Source: Phaeosaccion multiseriatum (lineage: Eukaryota; Protista; Ochrophyta, other classes). Taken from it: a stretch of 64,000 bases of DNA. The stretch covers positions 1,922,001 through 1,986,000 of the forward strand of contig OZ218959.1 in the NCBI GenBank assembly GCA_965112735.1, given 5' to 3'. Below the pieces are notes generated by a model. It made no database searches. It saw only the letters and a program-made list of their open reading frames with translations, and was not told the DNA's origin. Position numbers and translations under genes: made by a program. How positions within the stretch are numbered: position 1 is the first letter of the stretch; every line of letters begins with the position of its first letter. This document shows, one piece after another, positions 56,701 to 64,000 of the stretch.

Positions 56701-57143
56701 AAGATTAAGCTCGTGAGCACAGGAGGGGACGGGCTAATCAACAAGGAGGTGGGAGGTGTAAAGAACATTATGCTGTTCAGCATGTTGGCCAGAAGAGGGG
56801 GCGACTTTATGAACAGGTACGAAGGTTACCGTAAGTAAGATTACGTAGCCTGGCTGTGCCGTTTCAGGTGGTTGGTGCTTCATGAAGCGGGCAGGCGGAC
56901 CAAGCTGACCCGACCCACTGATTGACTGACTGACTGACTGACTGACTGACTGACTGACTGACTGACTGACTGACTGACTGACTGACTGACTGACTGACTG
57001 ACTGACTGACTGACTGACTGACTGACTGACTGACTGACTGACTGACTGACTGACTGACTGACTGACTGACTGACTGACTGACTGACTGACTGACTGACTG
57101 ACTGACTGACTGACTGACTGACTGACTGACTGACTGACTGACT

Positions 57144-57186
<43 letters not shown>

Positions 57187-57247
57187 TGACTGACTGACTG
57201 ACTGACTGACTGACTGACTGACTGACTGACTGACTGACTGACTGACT

Positions 57248-57290
<43 letters not shown>

Positions 57291-57713
57291 TGACTGACTG
57301 ACTGACTGACTGACCGACTGACCGACGGACGGACGCATTGACAGACTGACCAACCAACACCTTTCTCACTCCACTCCCTCTCTACCCTCCACAGAATCGT
57401 TGCTCACGGGGAGCGAATCTTCGCCTGCAGACACGCTGACATGGACCTTCGTGGCTCCACCATCAGCGGGGACCTCGATCTGGCCCAGCCCCATGCAACA
57501 GGCACCGGCACCATCAGCAGCTTAGACTTGGTGCAAATCTTTTGCACCCACCGCAGCCCCGACCAGACGAAGAAGAGTGCCAAGCAGGAGGCCAGAGATC
57601 TTCTGACGGTGCTGAAGGTGGACCCGGCAGTGGGAGAGGCGGACATTGAACGGCTGTTGCAGCTCAGCTTTGAGAGACTCATGGAGAAAATTCGACTGAG
57701 GCTCATGGTGTGA
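50913..57713 (+). CDS. Large multi-exon hypothetical protein with IQ-like motifs and poly-Q/poly-G tracts
   Basis: Exons ~50913-51595, 51885-52594, 52812-53494, 53746-53851, 53989-54119, 54196-54251, 55127-56017, 56277-56391, 57395-57713; [10 protein letters not shown]|NYRAR and IMCQRYWR are IQ-like. Confidence 0.55.
56924..57312. repeat. (GACT)n tetranucleotide microsatellite, intronic
   Basis: Direct reading of the sequence. Confidence 0.95.
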
Positions 57714-57887
57714 GGGAAGCGTGAGGAGGGATGGATGGCAGTGGACGGATAGGGAGGATGGGGGGGGGGGGGGGCGGGGGGAGGAGTAAGGGAGGATGGC
57801 AGTGGATGGATGGGGGGAGGAGACAGACGTATGGCAATACATGGATATGTACATTCGGAGATTACGCTATGGGTGCTACTGTTGGTG

Positions 57888-58260
57888 CTACCGCTGCTGT
57901 TGCTGCTGTATTCCCAACTGCTGCTGCTGCTGCTGCTGCTGCAACCACTCCTTCTCCTTGGCGAGCATCCCAAAGAAGCGCTCCTTCTCCTCCGACTCTG
58001 CCCCCCCCCCCGTGGCGCTGTGGCTGGAGGTGTGGCTGCCATTGTGCCTCGCTCCTCCGCTGTGCGCCAGGAAGGCCTGCACAGCTGCCTCGTGCCGCCG
58101 CAGGACACTGAAACGAGTGTACGCGGAGGGCAAGTGGCCAAGAGCATCATCCCCATCCCCATCCCCTCCTCCATCACGACCCACACCACCACCACCACCA
58201 CCACCACCACCACCATCTCCTATAGAAAGTTGTTGTTGTTGCTGCTGGTGCTGGTGCTGG

Positions 58261-58291
<31 letters not shown>

Positions 58292-58463
58292 CCCCCAACG
58301 CGACGAGCCGGAGCATCTCCGCGCAGTCGTCCAAAGCGTGCGCGTACAAGCCCAGTCTTGTGCAGCCCTGCGCTCTGCAGTCGTGTAGCCTCAGCCTAAG
58401 CTGGACCAACGGCGTTGAGCTCGACCACCACCACCATCCCTCTCCTCCTCCTCCTCCTCCTCC

Positions 58464-58494
<31 letters not shown>

Positions 58495-59071
58495 CCTCCT
58501 TCTCCTCCTCCTCCTCCTGGGAACATGGAGATGGTCGGGAGGGCAGCGAGGGCATGGGAGTACGCCAAGACCGCACCCACCATGTCTTGCGCTGCAAACT
58601 TCTGCGTCGCCGTCTGCACCCACCCTAAAAAGTGTAGACTTGCTCCTCCTCCTCCCCCTCCTCCTCCTTGCTCATGTGCTGCAACTCCTGCCCATCCTCC
58701 TGTTCCTCCTTCTCCTGCTCCTGCGGGTGCTACTGTTGCTCCTACAGCTCCTGCCGGCGTTAACGCCCGCCACAACGCCACAAGCTCCTCATACTGGAGC
58801 TGCTGCTGCCGCTGCTGCTGTTGCCGGTGCGCATCTAAAAGCCCGTCCTGTAAAGTAAAAGAGTCTTCCTGAGGCGTGGAAAGGCTAGCGTTGCTGAATG
58901 CCCCGCCCCCTGCTGCAATTTTGGTCACGCCTCCTTCCCTCTGAGTCAAATGACAATGCATATTCGGAGATTCCCCCCCCCCCCCACCCCCCCCCCCGTT
59001 ACCACCACCACCATTAGCAGCACCAGCACCAGCACCAGCACCAGCACCAGCAGCACCAGCACCAGCAGCAG

Positions 59072-59110
<39 letters not shown>

Positions 59111-59876
59111 GAGAGGAAAGGCCGTCTGAGGAAGACTGCGCAAGGAGGCTCTGAATCAGCGGAGCCTTTGGATTGGGGAGAAGCTGATCCATCACAAAGG
59201 TGTAGCTCACGCGGTGAGCCGCTAGCCACTCCTGGAACTCGCCTCTGAGACCGTTGCCCTGCGGGAGTGTGGCGATGTGATCTCTGAGTTGGTCGTTGGT
59301 GACGACGAAGCCCTTTTCGCACTGGCGGGCGAATTGGATGAAGTAGGCATCGTCGTCGTCTTTTGAGGGCACGAACACCACCTGCCCACTGCGCTTCAAG
59401 GGGTCCAGCAGCTCCGGGGCGTGGTCGTGGTGGGCGTAGGATGCGGGGAGGAAGGCGTACACTTTGTTACAGCCTGGGGGGGCGCCCGCGCGCGTGTGTG
59501 TATGTGTGTGAGGAGAGAGGAGGAGGGTAAAAACAAGTTAGGGAGGAAGAAGGACCTGGTTATCTCTCTGACCCTCCTAGAGACAGAGAGAGGAGAGGAG
59601 AGCGCTCACCTCTTTGCTCGAACCACTGTATCGCGAGCAGCACGCCACGCAGAGATGGAGCGTCGTCTCTACCGTGAGCCCACGCCACGTTGGCACCATC
59701 GATGACCACGGTCTCGGCTCTCCCTGGAAGAGGCTGCTGCTCTGGTGGGGGGGGGACGGCGCTGCTATGATCTCCGTGTGCCGACAAGCCTTCGTCGTCG
59801 AGCCCAACTTCCATGCATACATCCTCGTCGTCGTCCTCTACAACCGCTATCTCTCCTCCTCCTTCTTCTCCTCCTA

Positions 59877-59907
<31 letters not shown>

Positions 59908-60051
59908 TTCTTTCCCCACCAAGAGAGGATAGGCCCTTGTCGGTTTCTCCTGGGGGGCGCTGCCCGTGCTGCTGCCCTCTGGTGCCGGGTAGTGCTTGAC
60001 CATGTAAGCGTGGCGTCCTTTGGGTCGCATGGGGTCATCACCCCCCTCCAT
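57888..60051 (-). CDS. Zc3h12a/Regnase-like NYN ribonuclease fused to a TPR-like region; exons 60051-59610, 59473-57888
   Basis: VVIDGANVAWAHG, GVLLAIQWFEQR|G, SKDDDDAYFIQFA, GFVVTNDQLRD, RVSYTFVMDQLLPNP; then AVLAYSHALA...CRAQGCTRLGLYAHALDDCAEMLRL. Confidence 0.82.
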
Positions 60052-60512
60052 CCCATCATACACAGGAGCAGCAGGCAGTAAATCAAGAAGGGGTAGTATA
60101 TTTTTTACCCTAAGAGGGGGGGGGGGGGGAAGAAGAGGAAGGAATTACACAATTACACCGGGGGGTGTATTTTATTATTCAGTAGTGGTCTTGTTGGCTC
60201 TCCGGGAGGATTCACAGCTGGGGCTGCCCTCTCTCGAAATTTTGCTGTTGAGGAGTTTTTTTGCTCCGAGAGCTCTTCTGGCGACCTCCTTGGACAATGG
60301 ACTCTACTGGCCCATCTCCACCTCTCCGTCTTATTTTTGCTATTAAAGCTTTTTATAATGGACAGGAAGCTGTTTATAATGGTCTGACTGACTTTGGGAG
60401 GCTGTGAGGCCTAGTGCAAAGATCCGATAGATACACCGACGCGATATCCCGACGCAGCGGAGCCCCAGAGTGCGAGCCAACTAATGGAGCGGCAGTTGCC
60501 TGCGTGCTTCAC

Positions 60513-63479
60513 ATGGTGCCACCGTCAGATGTGACTCCCAGACGCAGGGTTAGCAACAGCAGCATCAGCAGCAGCAGCGTCACTGCCTTCCCGGACGAAA
60601 ATGACCATGACCAGGATGCCGCTGATTCCGCTGTCTCTCCCAGGAGAGGCGCCATGGTCAGTTTCCCTCCTCTGCGGGCCACCAATAGCATCATCGTCAG
60701 CAGCAGCATCGCGTCTGCAAATGGGGGTGGTGGAGATAGGAGAGGGGGGGGGGGGACACCAGCGACCGCGGCCGCAACTGCAGCGGTAGGAGAAGCAGCA
60801 GGTGAAGTTTCACACGGTCTGTCCTTGCCGAGGGAATTGGAAGGCTCCCTGTCGAGGGCGAGTCTCGCCAGGCTAGAGGCCAGGAGGGCGGCTGAGCAAT
60901 GGAGGCACTCAGAGCGGCTGAACAGAGGTATCACTCGCGCGGGGAGGGTGAGCCCCTTCGCCATGATCCCTGCCCATGTGTGCGATCTCATCTTCTTCAT
61001 CTTCCTCCTCCTCAAGCTGCAAGGGCGTCACTGGAGCTGGTATGTGGTGCTGCTGCCGCTGTGGATCACAGACTATGTCTTTATCTTCATCAAGGTGAGT
61101 GGGTTGGAATATAAGCTGAGGTGCCTCAGCCCCCTTTTTTTTTGTTCTCTGTTCTCTGCTCTCTCTTTCTCTGGATCTAAGCCTTTCTCCCCCCTCCCCC
61201 TCTCCTGGATGCAAGCCCTCGCTTTCTCTGCTCTTTCCCTCTCTTTGGATGGAAGCCCCCTGTCCCCTCTCTGGACCCAAAGCCTTTTCTCTCTTCCCCA
61301 ATCAGGATGCAAGCCCCCGATCTTTCTCTGCTCTCGCGTCCTCTTTGCTCTCTCCCTCTCCTCTCTCTCTCTCTGTGTGTGTATACTCTCCCATCCCTCT
61401 CTCGAATCTCCCCCCCCCCCCCTCCTCGCTCTCTCTCTCTCTGTGTATACTCTCCCATCCCTCTCTCGAATCTCCCCCCCCCCCCCTCCTCTCTCTCTCT
61501 CTCTCTCTCTCTCGCTCTTGTTTCGAGCCCCTGTCAAGGCCCCACCCACCCGCCCACCCGCTGCTTGCTTGGACATATAAACGACCAGCTACCCCTCCCT
61601 ACCCCTCCCTTCTTGCCCCCCCCCCCTTCTTGTGACCCGCTCAAACCTTGCCCTCTCTCCACTCTCTTCTTTGCTCGCTCGATTCGATCCCCCGACACGC
61701 AACACATACACGTAGATCATCGAGATTGTGCGACTACGACGCGCCATAGCCCTGCAGCCCGAGAGTGATCACGAGCAACATCGCCACCTGTATGTGCCCC
61801 CCGTTTGCGGCATCGTTGACCACGTGGGGGTGGCCCTGACCAAGGTAAGGTGACTCGTCTTGGGCACCCAACTCTTGATGGTTAACACTCACCACTCCGC
61901 TCTCTGCCATCCTTTCCTCTCTCTCTACATCCCTTCTCTGCTCCTCCTCTCCTCGTATTACCCTCTCACTCTCTCCTCCCCCATCCACTGCCATCCTCGG
62001 CTCTGATCTCCCCTCTCCTCCTCCATCAACTAACTGCCATCCTCCGCCCTGCTCTCTCTTCCCTCTGCTGTCCTGGTAGGTGTCTCTGCTGTATCGCTTG
62101 CAGTACCGGGTGCAGACGTCGTTCCTGGTGTTGTTTGCACCGCTGTGGATTTCGGTTGTGCTGAGCTTTCTTATTCGATGCTGCACCCCTTACGCCACAA
62201 CAAACCGAGACGCGGTGAGTAGCACGTAGGTAAAACACCAAACTCATCACTGTGGACTGCTGTCCCCACCTGCCCCCCCCCCCGCCCCCCTCAAATCGAC
62301 TGACTCATAGAAGCGAACCTGAACACCCTTCCTTTCTACACGCCCCCATGATACACACACATATAACAACACACGAACACATGGAATTTGTTGATTATCC
62401 CCCCCCCAAATCATCTTCTCACCCGACCCCCACCGTTCACACCGGACACGAAACCGAAACGAAACCGACGACAGGCGCGGCTCCGTATGCTCCGCTTTCG
62501 GGCGGTGCTCGGCGGTCTCCTTAACCTCGTGGGTCGCGGGACTCAGCCCTTGCTCGTGGCTGCCAAGCTGGACAATCTTCTGAAGGTGGCATGGGCGGTC
62601 ATCTTCATTCCCTCCTGGGCCATGATCATCTTTATTCTGGTAGTGGCGGTTTCACTGTGCAGTTTCACGCCCGCCCTGTCGCAGAGGGGCTCCGAGCCCG
62701 AGAGGCACGCGATGCGGCAAATGTTGCTCCTTGCCAGCTTTGTTGCGCTGACGCTGGGGGCCTGCTCCTTCGCCTTTCTCTTTCGCCTGACCCGAGCGCT
62801 CGACCGTCGTGACAACGACGACGGTGACGACCACGTAGCCAGAGGTGGTGGGCCCTCCGTGGCGGCCATTCTCACACCGCTGATTTGTCTCTACGCCTGT
62901 ATGCTCCTCTTCTTACCGTGGCTGCTGCTGAGTAGTCGCAAGTACCAAGAAGCTCTCGTCGAGGCCGCCGAAGCCCTACGTAATGCCCAGGACCCCCAGG
63001 GAGGCAGCGATGACGGACCACCCCGCAGTCCGGAGGGGGTGATTGGAAACATTCTCTCTTCGCCGACCTTCCTCTTGTTGGACGAGGGCAACGATTCCCT
63101 CTTCCGGAGGGCTCCTCACAGCTTTATTCGGCAGTTGGACGCCGACCAAGTCCAAGGGGAAGGGGCACATGCTTCGAGGAACGCAGAGGAGGAAGGCTGG
63201 GAGGGAGCGGGTGCTGCTGGTGCTGCTGGTGTTGCTGGTGCTGCTGGTGCTGCTGGTGCTGCTGGCGGCATGGAGGCGGGACGAGATCACCAACAGGAGC
63301 AGCGACAATCGCAGAAGGTCCATCAGAAGGGGGGGGTGCAGCAGGAGATGCTTCCGAGGAGGAGGAGCAGCAGCAAGAGGCTGTTCGGACGAGGAGGGCT
63401 TGTGTTGGAACCCGGCAGTAGCAGGGTGGGCGGAGGGGGCAGCAGCAACGATTTAGAGGCATTGGAGAGAGAGGAAGAC

Positions 63480-63510
<31 letters not shown>

Positions 63511-64000
63511 TGCTGCTGCAAGATGGCCGGAAAGGAGGAGGCGTCAGTATGGAGATGGGCGGCTTTGATTTTCGCAAACCAAGTCCAGATGCATCAGCGA
63601 CAGCAGCAGTTGGTGATACAGAAGCACCAACAGCAGCATCAGCAGCAGGAGCAGCAGCGGCGGTGGGTGGTGATACAGCAACCGCCGCAGCAGCGGCCGA
63701 AGGTCAGAAAGACGCAGACAGTCCCCCGGGGGGAGGGGAGGGAGACGACCAAAGCCACGTCCAAAGCCCATTACAACCTGCTCCTGTACCACCAACTGCT
63801 GTGCCACCAACTGCTGTGCCACCAACAGCTGTGGGTAGTGTGCCCTTGAGGCTCTTTCAATCTGAGCCCTTCTCGCCAAGCAGCGAGGGCAGCGGACGTC
63901 AGAGGCCCCGACCGCTATCGGAAGACATAGGACTTTCGCGGAGCCCAGCCATGAGGCCCGCGGCGACACCGCCCAAGAATGTGTGCTTTATCTGCTGTGC
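60513..64000 (+). CDS. TMEM185/Fragile-X-F-type multi-pass membrane protein with a C-terminal RING start; truncated by the window end
   Basis: LLLKLQGRHWSWYVVLLPLWI, LVLFAPLWI, LVAAKLDNLLKVAWAVIFIPSW; exons ~60513-61094, 61717-61844, 62080-62214, 62475->64000; ends PKNVCFICC. Confidence 0.78.

Noticed and set aside
56734-57369. (SQSV)n ORFs
   Set aside because: Antisense translation of the (GACT)n microsatellite.

Overview
Eukaryotic, intron-rich, microsatellite-saturated genomic DNA. The GT-AG introns and gene content suggest a photosynthetic stramenopile or similar protist, but that is inference only. The first ~8 kb is a repeat/mobile-element patch: a CCHC/coiled-coil gag-like ORF between two inverted 213-bp TG...CA LTR-like repeats, an 87-bp tandem array interrupted by a TSD-flanked insert with a 15-bp repeat tail, a 183-bp direct repeat and a decayed PHD-finger element. 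The rest holds about eleven spliced genes, mostly in head-to-head pairs: Nexin_C-like, Zn2Cys6 transcription factor, EF-hand-like, two ankyrin proteins, SWT1-like PIN nuclease, TRF4-like nucleotidyltransferase, SPCA/PMR1 Ca/Mn ATPase, IQ-like protein, Regnase-like NYN+TPR RNase, and TMEM185-RING (running off the end). The most striking unexplained signal is a dispersed DNA motif, (CAG)n-TTGGTGATA-(CAG)n (core GTTGGTGATAC). It occurs ~18 times on both strands, in exons of unrelated genes in different reading frames and in introns. No rRNA, tRNA or CRISPR was recognised. Exon models were built by eye and are approximate where stated.
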